From NCBI GenBank assembly GCA_030248215.1, contig JASANG010003810.1:496001-560000 (forward strand): a DNA stretch of 64,000 nt, written 5' to 3'. The notes under the pieces were generated by a model. It was given only the letters and a program-made list of their open reading frames with translations. It had not been told where the DNA came from and did no database searches. Positions 26,163 to 38,635 of this stretch are shown here, piece after piece (position 1 is the first letter of the stretch; each line of letters begins with the position of its first letter). This stretch comes from Enoplolaimus lenunculus. Lineage: Eukaryota. Both the position numbers and the translations under genes were made by a program.

Positions 26163-26577
26163 ATATATTTCAGGGTTCAACCGGAAAATATTTCAGGGTT
26201 CAACCGGAATATCTTTCAGGGTTCAACCGGAATATATTTCAGTGTTCAACCGGAATATATTTCAGGGTTCAACCGGAATATATTTCAGGGTTCAACCGGA
26301 ATATATTTCAGGGTTCAACCGGAAAATATTTCAGGGTTCAACCGGAATATATTTCAGGGTTCAACCGGAATATATTTCAGGGTTCAACCGGAAAATATTT
26401 CAGGGTTCAACCGGAATATATTTCAGGGTTCAACCGGAATATATTTCAGGGTTCAACCGGAATATATTTCAGGGTTCAACCGGAATATATTTCAGGGTTC
26501 AACCGGAATATATTTCAGGGTTCAACCGGAATATATTTCAGTGTTCAACCGGAATATATTTCAGGGTTCAACCGGAA
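26163..26577. repeat. 23-bp minisatellite ATATATTTCAGGGTTCAACCGGA x18
   Basis: Near-perfect tandem array; the unit resembles the family G terminus. Confidence 0.95.
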
Positions 26578-26610
26578 TTTCTGTTAATTCCAGCAAAATT
26601 GAAATTCCTG

Positions 26611-26776
26611 TAGGCTCAGGCTTAGGCTTAGGCTTAGGCTTAGGTTTAGGCTCAGGAATACTATAGGCTTAGGTAAGGCTTAGGCATACTTAGGTATAGG
26701 CTTAGCTTAGGTTAGTTTAGGTATAGGCCTAGGTAGGCTTAGGCTTAGGCGAAGGCTTAGGCTTAGGCTTAGGCTA
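26611..26776 (+). repeat. Degenerate interstitial telomere-type (TTAGGC)n array
   Basis: Roughly 27 perfect or variant hexamers with no flanking family A TIRs. Confidence 0.85.
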
Positions 26777-27984
26777 TATATTATTAGTGTTTATTAAAAC
26801 TGGAACGCCCACAATCCATAATTTGGTTTTATACTTCAAGCTTAGATTTGCATGCATAATTTCATGTGAACCAAAATGGTCTTTTCCGTTAATATTCTCA
26901 CAACCGGACGTATACCCAAAACTGATGGGATTTCAAAATTTTTTTTGCATATTTCAGCTTCTCATGTAACCTGTGGTTATCATTCGGCACTGAAACGCGG
27001 TTATTGATTGCAAATTATGAAACCAATGATTTGATTGCAATCATTTTAACACCGTTCGACTCAGTCCCACAAGCTACGCGCCTAATAATATATAAGTAAA
27101 ATTTTTGAAATCTGACCGGATTTGGCCAAACGCCGGTTCGGTCAGCAGAGACAAATCAAACAAGTGACAGCGTAAAATATCCCGTTACTATATATGTAAG
27201 ATAAACTGTAACTGAGTTACATATTCTACAAGAACGTAAGACCAAACGCAAGTCCATAAAACTAATTTATTCCTTTGAACAATGTTCAAATTCTAGGCTT
27301 ATATTCTCAAATGCATATAGCACCTATCATCAGTTAGTAATAAATGTTCAAACTAACAATCTGCCGCAACTGCATATTTTAAAATTTGCCAAACGCAAAT
27401 CAAATGCAACGAATATGCTGAGTTTCAAACCGCACCATTCTATGGTTCTAAAATTTTACAAGACCTATCACCAACTGCTAATGCGGGCTACGCTCGTTTG
27501 CGCATACGAGCTTAGATCTTAGGTTTCGATATATTTATCGCATAGGCTTAGGTTAAGTTGAAGCTTCAATTGTAAAAATTTATTGTTTGCCTTTGGGGAA
27601 GAAATCACTGTAATTATACGAACCTGCGTAAACTATTTTTGAAATCGCTAATTTGCGTTGTACCTTTAATAAAGCATATACGCTGTTTACAACCGTGATA
27701 TATAAGTTTGTAATTTGGAAAGTAAACCGGTAATAGGTTGTGTTTATGCCGAAGCAAATAATAGCAAAGAACCTCATTTAGAAGGTACCATTCAGACCCC
27801 TTAAAAAGATTTCATTAATAATTCGGCTCTGTCTTAAAGCAAACACGTCATAATATATTACGCTTTTATCAATCTAAATCCTTTACATTATGATAATTAT
27901 TATAAAATTGCTCGCCTTTTATTAATTATTAATTATTCCATCTGCAAATTATTCTACTGTTGCATTTATATACACAACTATCAG

Positions 27985-28418
27985 GTGCTATGGTGATCCG
28001 AGTAAAACAGGGGGGCTGATATTTATTTGGCCTCTCCAGAGGACACCCCAGTGTTATTCGGTTACGGACTGTTATTTATTTTAACCCGCCCTTCGTTACT
28101 ACTATATATCCGCAATATCCGGTATTGCAACTATCAGTTGAATTAAACGTTTGGTTGTCTTGTATAAAAAGCTTGAGCAATAATGCAAGGTTATACGTAG
28201 GTATGTATTTTCCAAACTTAAGTATGCTTCAGTTTCAAATTCAACTGTATTTCGTGCTGGTGTCATTTATGCACCGCAGTTTGGCATAATTGACGTTTGT
28301 GGACTCAAATTAGAGTTTAGGAACTCTATCCGCTTACGGACTCTTATTAGTGATGCAGACACCTACTGATTGGGACTCAAAAAGGGCGACACCTCTCTTA
28401 TTCGGACCACTGCAGTAG
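27985..28418 (+). mobile_element. Family H TIR element
   Basis: Homologous to 18602-19030, with a near-identical ~150-bp core. Confidence 0.7.
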
Positions 28419-29229
28419 CGGTGTAAAGCCAGTAGTTTATTTCGTGAAGGTAACAACAGCCAAGCAAATGATTTGAACAAGCGAACATAGCGAGCGAACA
28501 ATATTTTTGACTGCAAACTTGTAAAAGCCTGTAAAAGTGTCTGTATTATTTTTTCAGTCATTTTTGGAAGACATATCACCCGTGTACTATACTATATACC
28601 AGCCCAAGGCCAAGGCCTTTCATATCCTTGAGAGTCAGTATTTAAATATTAAAAAGAATAGTGACGTCGACAACGGGATCCAGTATAAAGGCTTTCATCT
28701 TGATTTCATACCCAAGTTCTAAGACCATTTCATTTATTTAATGTCATCATTAAAGCTGTCGCAAAGAAGATTGTTACATATTTTGAGTACTTGTTTAAAA
28801 ATCTGTGTCCTGTGTTTCAGACATATTTGTCTTATATTTCAGAAATATTTGCATTTTATACTTGTTCTTGAAACAATGTCTCAAAATTTCAGACTTTTAA
28901 GTCTGAAAAATTTCAGACCCATATTTCTGAAAAATTTTGGAAATAAATGTTTTGAATTTAAGACATATGTGTTTGGAGTCTGTATTAAAACATAATTGTC
29001 TTAAATTTCAGACATTATTTCTTGAATGTAAGACAATTTATTTTGTGTGTAGAACCACATTACAGTTTTTTTGGAAGCCTATGCCTAGGTTACATTCACA
29101 GTACTGTTTATTTTTGTAAGCCTAAGCCTAAGTTAGCTTTAGACTACTGTTTATTATTTTTCTAAGACTTGAGCTTAAAGCTTGAATTTTAGGCGTAGCC
29201 TTGTGCTTAGGCTCAGCCTAAGGCTTTAG

Positions 29230-29505
29230 GCAAATAAAAGCCTAAACCTAAGCCTACGCCGATTTTTAGCCAAATAAAAGCCTAAACCTTCGCCTAAGCC
29301 GATTTTTGGTCAAATAAAAGCCTAAACTTAAGCCTAAGCCGATTTTTGGTCAATAATGCAAGCCTAAACCTAAGCCTAAGTCGATTTTTGGCCAAATAAA
29401 ACGTAACCCTAAGCCTAAGCCGATTTTTGGTCCAATATAAGCCTAAGCCTAAGCCGATTTTTGGTCAATAATGCAAGCCTAAACCTAAGCCTAAGCCGAT
29501 TTTAT
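29230..29505 (-). repeat. ~35-40-bp minisatellite AAATAAAA(GCCTAA)2-3GCCGATTTTTGGTC
   Basis: About seven degenerate units containing telomere-type hexamers. Confidence 0.8.
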
Positions 29506-29682
29506 TATTGCAGACATTATGTGTGGTGAACAACGTTTTGTGGGGCTGAAGCAAACATACACCGTATTTTGTATTAATGATTTGTAAATTATTCACCACA
29601 TTTAAAGAACAGGGATTCTGATTCGGATTTGCCTGGAGTCCGAATCCAAACAAAACGCAAGTCTTGGCCCCTCAAAAATTGC

Positions 29683-29832
29683 TGCCCGTGTTACTTTAAA
29701 GGGCGTTCAGGTTTCTAATGGGTCCATAAAAGAGTAGGTTTAGATTCTAGGTTACATTTTTTTGCTTAAGCTTAGGCTTAGTCTTAGGAATACGCTTAAT
29801 CTACTGTTACGCCCCTTAAAGTAACATTGGCC
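29683..29832 (+). mobile_element. Family A MITE (GTTACTTTAAGGGGCG subfamily)
   Basis: TIRs present; TSD aaaattgc/aaaatttc. Confidence 0.8.
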
Positions 29833-30074
29833 AAAATTTCCGTGCTTTCCTTAATTTAACCAGTCGCTCAGAAAAATGCAAAAACTCTTCAAAGTTACAG
29901 TTAAATTTGGTGTTGTGCAAATTAGAAATTTAGTGTGAATTGTTCAAGAGTCATAGGGGCCTTTGGTTTAGAACCAGGTTGGCCAGATGGATCTAAAGTG
30001 CCTGAACCCCTGCAAGGGCCAAAAGTGTTCTCAGTGCCTCCAGGTTCCAAACAAATGTTCTCGCTAAGACACAT

Positions 30075-30257
30075 TGCCGTTACTTTTAGGAACGTAACAG
30101 TAAATTAAGCGTATTTCTGAGCCTAAGACTAAGCATCGCAAAAATGTGTTCCTAAGCCTAAACCTAAACTTAAGCAAAAAATGTGTAATCTAGAATCTAA
30201 ACCTACTCTTTTATAGGCCTACCAGAAACCTGGACGCCCCTCAAAGTAACATGTGCC
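30075..30257 (-). mobile_element. Family A MITE (same subfamily, reverse orientation)
   Basis: Reverse-complement homolog of the copies at 17478 and 29683. Confidence 0.7.
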
Positions 30258-30505
30258 GACTATTTTATATGTTATTAATTTTTGACTGCAAGCTCGTGGA
30301 GAAATATTATACATCTGCAATTTCTAAAAACGGCAGATGTTACATGTCCTTAATATTGTTAACATCCATTAGCACAACAATCTACTCGCGTTGTATATAT
30401 ATCAGATGGTGTTATTTTGAATAATTCTACACTGTTGAGTAGTTTTAAACACGTCAGCAAAACAGCTTGTTGGTTTTATTAATTCAACTCGCAAAATAGT
30501 AAATA

Positions 30506-30682
30506 CTAGTCTGCCAGCTTTGCGCAATGTGCAAAAGTTAGCGAAAGCACAAAAATTTCCTTGCAAATTTTCTTTTCATGGAACAATCACATGTATTTCG
30601 TAAGAAATTATTGTAAACAAAGTAATGCTGGAAAGTTGCCCAAAATGCGTATGTAGCGCGGTCCAGTTTTCATATATATAGA
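30506..30682 (-). mobile_element. Mini-Helitron-like element, followed by degenerate ~23-bp AT-rich repeats to ~30970
   Basis: Reverse homolog of 3711-3885 with TC start, hairpin and CTAG end, inserted between A and T. Confidence 0.7.
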
Positions 30683-31596
30683 TTTCTTATATTTAAGAAA
30701 AAATTTCTTACATTTAAGAAAAAATTTATAATTTTAAGCAAAAAATTGTTAAATTTTAATAAAAGATTTCTTACATTAAAAGAAATATTTTCTTACGTTT
30801 AAGAAAAAATTTTTACATTTAACAAAAAAATTGCATACGTTTAAAAAAAATCTCTTACATTAAAGAAAAAAGTTTCTTAAATTTAAGAAAATAACTGCTT
30901 ACGTTTAAAAAAATTTTTTACATTTTAATGGAAATAATTTCTTGCACTTAAGCAATTTTTTACATTTAAAAATATGATTAATAAAATAAAAAAATTTCTG
31001 AAGCTGTTTTGAAATCTCTTTCTATCTACTGATTGAGATAAATTTAGAGGCAAATACGCTCTGCTTCCGTATGACCGATAATATTTACCAGAATTGGAAC
31101 GCTTGGATGTTCACAGAAGTCTTTGATTCTTCAATTTTATAATTAAATTTCAATATTCAACCCTGTTTTAAAATAACTTTGTTGTGTTTTGATTTTGCAA
31201 CCAGATGTTCCTGTTTCAAAACCTATTACTAACTGGCGATAGGTGCTATACACATTTTGACAATACTGCTCCAGATTATTAAAATGTAAAGCTTATAATC
31301 GGTCATCTAAGGTCACATACATCGCGTTCGCATGAATGCCTAACTAATATGCTGTCTGCCTACACACGGGGTTGGTTTTCTATTTAGTCTAAATGCGCAT
31401 TATTGCTAATTGCAACTGCATGCATTACTGCAAAAAGCGGCGTACTGAGTTGGTTAGTTGAAATCAGAGATTTCGTTAATAATTGCAACTGAACGCGTTT
31501 GAAATTCATTTTTGCTCATTCCGGCCACGTAGCTCAAAACGATCAGAAATTGTAAACTACGCTCTGATATTTGTTGAATGCCATTGTAGTGTTATA

Positions 31597-32281
31597 CGGC
31601 TCCGGCTCCGGCCGGATATTAGATTATCCGGCTCCGGCCGGGTCCGGTTATTAGTTCCCGCCCCCGGCCGATATAATCCGCGCCGATATATCGCCTTCTC
31701 ACATGCGCAATCCGGCTCCGGCTCCGGCCGGATATTAGATTATCCGGCTCCGGCCGGATATTAGATTATTCGGCTCCGGCTCCGGCCGGATATTAGATTA
31801 TCCGGCTCCGGCTCCGGCCGGATATTAGATTATCCGGCTCCGGCCGGATATTAGATTATCCGGCTCCGGCCGGATATTAGATTATTCGGCTCCGGCCGGA
31901 TATTAGATTATCCGGCTCCGGCTCCGGCCGGATATTAGATTATTCGGCTCCGGCCGGATATTAGATTATCCGGCTCCGGCTCCGGCCGATATTAGATTAT
32001 CCGGCTCCGGCCGGATATTAGATTATCCGGCTCCGGCCGGATATTAGATTATCCGGCTCCGGCCGGATATTAGATTATCCGGCTCCGGCCGGATATTAGA
32101 TTATTCGGCTCCGGCTCCGGCCGGATATTAGATTATTCGGCTCCGGCTCCGGCCGGATATTAGATTATTCGGCTCCGGCTCCGGCCGGATATTAGATTAT
32201 CCGGCTCCGGCTCCGGCCGGATATTAGATTATCCGGCTCCGGTTCCGGCTCCGTCAGTTTTTGGTATCCGGTCGCACCCTG
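31597..32281. repeat. 26/32-bp hairpin minisatellite CCGGATATTAGATTATCCGG(CTCCGG)1-2 ending in a hAT-like terminus
   Basis: About 20 units; terminates in TCCGGTCGCACCCTG|ATATATAT. Confidence 0.9.
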
Positions 32282-32960
32282 ATATATATTGATCGTCTGC
32301 AATGGTTAGATTGCCGGAGGATGACATTCTAAAATCTAATGGATCAAACCCCTGTGGTTCATTAATTGCGTTTTTGCTATAAGCGAATCTGTGCATGCGG
32401 TTTAAATGCAATTTTAAATACTCGTATTAGCATGCAGTTGCAATTATGCATGCATGCGAAATCGCATGATTGCAGTTTTGTTATTAAAACTAGCGTCTGT
32501 CTAAAATTAGTACGCGCATGCGGTGTATAGAAATTGTAGCCTTGAGTAAGAAATTATTGTGTGGAGGCAGCTTATGCCAGTTTTTGCGATACGTCTAGTA
32601 ATTTTGCAACCAACGAATTGGAAAGGTTAATTTCTTGAAACGCTTCTAGTGAACGGACAGCCTGAGTAATCTGGCCAGACCCGTAGCCAGGTCACCTTGT
32701 TAAGCGGGGTAACAAATTTTCAGGAGGGGTATACAACGATTTTCAATCCGTTAATAGAAGAAAATTTGAAACTTTTCTAGGGGTCCAAAACATTTCCTGG
32801 GGGACCAAGTCACCCTGGCTCGCTCCTTGGTTACGGGCAAGCATCTGCTACGGCTGCTAATTTGAGATGGGATATATTTTTAAAAAATTCGTATTGTTTT
32901 TAAAGTGAATTAATGAATTGATAAGCTAAGCTCGAGTACACAACCAGTGGCTTGAACGTT

Positions 32961-34075
32961 CATTGTAAATTTCAATGAGTTGAGTAACCTCTTCAGCAAG
33001 CGAGTTGGTTATTTCTGAATTAATATCAGTAAACATTAACTAACTCCGAGTTTAGTTGATTGTCACTCTGAGTTGAGTTGGCTCTAGCTGAGTTCATTAA
33101 TTCACTCAAAACGAATCGAATCAACTCAAAATTTTGAGTTACGAGAGTCCTAACTCAGATTGAGTAATTCACTCATTCTGAGTTAAAATTCACTCACTGA
33201 AATTTACAGGGTTGCACTTTACTGAAGCTAAGAATTGTTTGAATAATCATTACGAACTGGTGATGTGTGCTACACACTTTTGATAGTATACCGCTGTTGT
33301 TATTTAGCTACGCATCTTTCGAAGTCTTGCAAATGCTAACAACAGTTTTCAACTTTAACTGTAAATGTCAATGAGTTGATTAATTAATTCAGCTGGCGAA
33401 CTATTGCTTTCTGAGTTAATATCAATAAACATTAATCCACTCTGAGTTTGAGGTAATTCTCACTTTAAATTAAGTTAAGGAGTTGATTAATTAGCCCAGA
33501 ATCGGTTGAATCCACACAGCATTTTGAGTTCTGAAAGCCCTAACTCAGACTGAGCGATTCAACTCAACCTGAGTTGAAATCAACTGATTTGATTTTACAG
33601 TGTGGCTACGGGCTCGCTGCCATTCGAAAATAACAGTTATATAATGAAATAAATCACTACATTTCAGCGATTTTTGTTTTGATTTTTATATTTTTTATAC
33701 AATTATTTACTATCTTATAGCAACTTTTAGCTTTTCAGTACATTTTTGAACTCAATGATCAAGCGGCCGAACAAAGAAATTTGATGAATGCAAAATTTAA
33801 GGTCAATTTGCCGAACAAAATTTTCAGCTTTTACGCTCGAGATAATTTACACTGTAAATTCCAATGAGTTGATTAATTAACTAAATTAGCGAGTTGGTTA
33901 TTTCTGAATTAATATCAGTAAAAACACTAACTCACTCTCAGTTGAGCTGGATGAGTTGCTTAATTAACTCCGAATGAATTGAATCAACTCGAAATTCTGA
34001 GTTCTGATAGTGCTAACTCAGGCTGCGTGATTCAGCTCATTCTGAATTAAAATCAACTCACTGTAATTTACAATG
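32961..34075. mobile_element. Cluster of three family C MITEs (32961-33211, 33357-33602, 33850-34075)
   Basis: Each has CACTGTAAAT...ATTTACAGTG-like ends; 2-bp flanks are TT/TT, TA-like and TA/TA. Confidence 0.78.
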
Positions 34076-34493
34076 TAACTTTAGTTCATATTTGACTGCG
34101 TGCGTCGGCCTAATCCTGCCCGCCCAATTAGGCACACTTCCCTTTCACTGGTTATATCTCATTATTAAATTTAACTAACGCTAGCTATGTATATTTCACA
34201 GTTTTACTTTAAAATTTTAGTCTTCACTCGGTTTCTGTCTGAACCTGAATATGACACCTAATTACGCCTAAACGAATATTCGTTGTCACGGTTTTGCCAA
34301 TTGCGTCCGTAGTTATTATTAAGTCTCATTTTAATACTATGCTGTGTATGCGGGAATAGGCAAAATGTCGCGTGACACGGCAGTGTTAGTTTGGTGTCCT
34401 AGCCACAGCGTAGCACTTAACTCAAACGCCTGAGGCCATCCATATTACCGCCCTGATTATTATAGCTTTGTGCAATCAGTCTAAGCTGATTAA

Positions 34494-34800
34494 TTGCAAT
34501 ATATATACAAATATACATATATATCATTGCAATATATATACATATATACATATATATCATTGCAATATATACATATATACATATATATCATTGCAACATA
34601 TATACATATATACATATATATCATTGCAATATATACAAATATACATATATATCATTGCAATATATATACAAATATACATATATATACATATATACATAAA
34701 TATCATTGCAATATATATACAAGTATACATATATATCATTGCAATATATATGTATATATGTATGTATATATAGTGTAATTTGATACATATACAGATATAT
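34494..34800. repeat. TA-rich minisatellite (TCATTGCAATATATATACA...)
   Basis: About eight units of 31-50 bp anchored on ATTGCAA. Confidence 0.85.
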
Positions 34801-35968
34801 AAGCATATAATATGTATTATGCATGAATGTGTGTCCCCATTTGCTTGAGTTGTTGGTGTTGCTACGTTCGTGACTATTAATCTGTGAGCTGGCGACGGTC
34901 TCATGCATATTTTAAGCGAGGGATCGTCTTCTGTGAGCCTGAGTTGAGGTTCCCATTGAGGAAACGAGAAGTAAAACAAAAATAACGGAAACGGATACGG
35001 ATTTAAATGTACGAAAGAAACGTTTGATGAGGGGTGTCGGGCTGTTATTAAACACAATTTCTACTGTATGCTACATATGCAACTACTGGTCTGAGAGGGA
35101 AACATTGTAAGGTAGGGATGTTATCATTTTATCACAAAAAAAATTAAGTGAAGGGGGTGTAAAACTTCGGGTACAGCGTATACGATTCTAGACTACATTT
35201 TTTTCTTAGGCTTAGAATTAGGGGGGCACGTTTTTCAACGCTTAGACTTTAGCTTAGGAATATGCTTAACCTACTGTTACGACCCTAGTTAGCCAAAAGG
35301 TAGATACAGAGGATATATTGTGTCTCGTAATTTTTGGCCACAAAAATAAAGTACATTTAACACACCTTAAGACAACATCGCAGATCCTAGACATCAAAGG
35401 AATTTGGTTTTAAGATGTGCCTAAACCATTCCGAATTGAAATCCTGGTATCGCTTGAGCCTATTCAGGCTAAATTTTAAAATTAACACACCGTTTGACCG
35501 ATTTGGCTATTGAAGCAAAGTTAGAATTTTAATAGAAATACATTTATTAACAGTAATTATATTAGGGGAAAAATTTTCAATTTCTTAATTAATTAAAAAC
35601 TGCGAGATATATACGTGATTTTTAACTAATTTTGAGCGCAAAAGTAAATATCGCAATTTCCGTTATTTCTGCAACGGAAACGGACATCGATTTTTACCGG
35701 AAACAGATATCCGGTTTACGTCCTGGTAGTTAGCAGTTTATGTTTTGAAACAAGAAAACTACGGCAGCTACAAATGTCATACTTGGGACACAAGTCGGGC
35801 CACTCAAATGCAATCAAATGCGCTAAATTTTGAAATTAGCTATTTTCTAGTTTGGAAGATATAGGACCTCTTACAACTTGGTAGTAGGTGCTACATGCTC
35901 TTAAGAATGCGGGATTTAGGCATAACGTGCTTATTTTTCACTGTAAAACACGACCACGTTTATTTCTA

Positions 35969-36191
35969 AAGCCGTATTCTCAAATGTGTATAGCACTTAT
36001 CAGCAGTCGGCGATAGGACCTGTAACTTTTCAACACACGTATGTTGATGTTCTAAATTTGACACATTGTTCGCGTTTGATTTGCCCTACTTCGGTACCAA
36101 TTTTGACATCTTCAATTGCATATGTTCGTCAGTTTTAAAACTCATCGCTAAACTGATGATAGGTGCTACACGCATTTGAAAATATGGGCTC
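35969..36191. mobile_element. Family F MITE (GCCCGTATTCTCAAATGTGTATAGCACC TIR; PIF/Harbinger-like)
   Basis: Imperfect TIRs of ~45 bp; homologs at ~27295, 38452, 49951, 50182 and 62927. Confidence 0.7.
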
Positions 36192-36636
36192 TAGGATCAT
36201 TAAAAACGTGACTACAATTTTAGATTTATACTTCTAAATGCATGCATTAACAGCTTATGCACGAGCGAATTTAATTAATTTGCAGCTGTCCTGCGCAGAA
36301 TCACTTAATAACGCTGGCGTTCTGAGGCAAACAGAAGTCTGAAAAATATGACGAGAAAATAGCCAATCAAAATGCAAAGAGAACAAGAAGACGAAAAAGA
36401 AATATATTTAATAAAGAAATAAAGGGGGATCAAAGGGTAGGTAATATGCCTCCCTTGTAAGCTAATAATCAGGGGCCCACAGCAGGTTGTTTAGGTATAA
36501 CCAGGAGACCCATATGCATAGGTGCTATATGTAAAATGGCTATAGAAAACCAGAGAGTGAAGCAACCAAGACGACAAATAAGCGTGAATGTTTAACATTG
36601 CTGCCGGAGGCAGAAAAATTCGTTTTAAGTAGAATG

Positions 36637-36784
36637 CAGGCCCGTAGCCGTGGGGGGACTCAGTTCACCTGGAAAAATTCTGCCCCCTCAAAAAGTTTTC
36701 AACCTTGTTTGTATAATCATCGAAAACTACCCATCGTAAACATACGAATAGCCCCACTAGCATGGTGAGCTGGCTACAGGCGTA
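36637..36784. mobile_element. Family D hAT-like MITE (CAGGCCCGTAGCC ends)
   Basis: TIRs present; TSD gtagaatg/atagaata; many homologs (32677, 40031, 54511, ~54826, 55606, ~61026). Confidence 0.7.
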
Positions 36785-37129
36785 ATAGAATAATGGATCG
36801 GGTATCCTTATGTCTCCCAGGATGACATATGCAAAAAACTAATTAGATAATTACGGAAAAATATATAAAATGTAAGGCAGGGTGGTCCTTTACGCCTAGA
36901 GTTCGTGCTGCTGCGGTCTAATGGGATCAACTGGAACTTCGAAGAATTAGGCAAAAAATGTGGTAATTGGTTCAATCTGTTTCTGGTTTGTTTGGCCGTG
37001 AATTAGAAAATATAATGCCTTGCAAATCGTATTAGTAGCTTAAGCGGTGTTTAGTCTAAGCAAGTACGCAGTGACAGTGGTCCCAGCTGAACGGCGGTCC
37101 TTGTTCATCGAGATTAATGCGGGGCGAAA

Positions 37130-37970
37130 GTAATTCCTGGCGGCGGTCATTCTTAATTCAAATTAATTCCTGGCGGCGGTCATTCTTAATTCAAATTAAT
37201 TCCTGGCGGCGGTCCTTCTTAATTCAAATTAATTCCCGGCGGCGGTCCTTCTTAATTCAGATTAATTCCTGGCGGCGGTCATTCTTCTTAATTAAAATTA
37301 ATTACAGGGGGCGGTCCTTCTTAATTCAGAATCCGCCTTAATTCAAATTAATTCCTGGCGGCGGTCATTCTTAATTCAAATTAATTCCCCAAAATTCAAA
37401 TTAATTCCTGGCGGCGGTCATTCTTAATTCAAATTAATTCCTGGCGGCGGTCATTCTTAATTCAAATTAATTCCTGGCGGCGGTCATTCTTAATTCAAAT
37501 TAATTCCTGGCGGCGGTCATTCTTAATTCAAATTAATTCCTGGCGGCGGTCCTTCTTAATTCAAATTAATTCCTGGCGGCGGTCATTCTTAATTCAAATT
37601 AATTCCTGGCGGCGGTCCTTCTTAATTCAAATTAATTCCTGGCGGCGGTCCTTCTTAATTCAAATTAATTCCCGGCGGCGGTCCTTCTTAATTCAGATTA
37701 ATTCCCGGCGGCGGTCCTTCTTAATTCAAATTAATTCCTGGCGGCGGTCGTTCTTAATTCAAATTAATTCCCGGCGGCGGTCCTTCTTAATTCAAATTAA
37801 TTCCTGGCGGCGGTCCTTCTTAATTCAAATTAATTCCTGGCGGCGGTCCTTCTTAATTCAAATTAATTCCTGGCGGCGGTCCTTCTTAATTCAAATTAAT
37901 TCCTGGCGGCGGTCCTTCTTAATTCAAATTAATTCCTGGCGGCGGTCCTTCTTAATTCAAATTAATTCCT
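37130..37970. repeat. 33-bp minisatellite AATTAATTCCTGGCGGCGGTC(A/C)TTCTTAATTCA, ~25 copies
   Basis: Read directly as a tandem array with no spacers. Confidence 0.95.
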
Positions 37971-38635
37971 GTTGCAGGATGGCGGTCCGTCATAATCAAA
38001 ATTACTTCCAGTTAGCACCGGGCCGTAACCAGAGTGGTCCAGAGGGTTCAAGTTTCCCACGCAAGAAATTTGCCAACATATTTTAGTCGTTTTCTCCGAT
38101 GCTGGCCCAGCCGGTTCAAATTACTCGGTACGCATCTGGGTGAAAACATTAATAGCAATTAGTATTTGTTAGACAGAATCAAAGTCTACGCTTATACACT
38201 GTAAATTCCAATGAGTTGATATTAATTCACAATGACTTCAATCACTGAGTCTGCATTAGGTCTTTCAGAACTCAGAATTCTGAGTTGATCCAACTCATCT
38301 TGAGTTAATTAGGCGAGCGTAAAGTTGTGGCGTAAGAAGTTACCATACTCGACAGTTATCCGCGTTTGTCTTGCGTTCTCTGATACCTTACCAGGAGGGT
38401 TGGAAAACGAAAATATCAGTTTCAAAAAACACTGAAAAAATCTAAAATATCGGCCTGTATTCTCAACTGTGTGTAGCACCAATTACAAGTTGGTGGTAGG
38501 TCTTGTATGACTTTCGAACCAATGAGTGGTGAGGTTTAAAATTCATTGAAGTTTTCGTATTTGATTTGCCCTCCTTCTGCACTATAAATTTTGAGATCTG
38601 CATTTGCACGAGTTCGGTAAGTTTGAATACATTAA

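Noticed and set aside
26163..26577. CRISPR-like appearance of the 23-, 29-, 33- and 81-bp arrays
   Set aside because: The units are head-to-tail with no unique spacers, there are no cas genes, and the context is eukaryotic.
26611..26776. True chromosome end
   Set aside because: The tract is short, degenerate and internal, with ordinary sequence on both sides.
34468..35057. YIYI-rich ORFs (also 15594, 51156-51600)
   Set aside because: They are translations of (TA)n-rich repeats.
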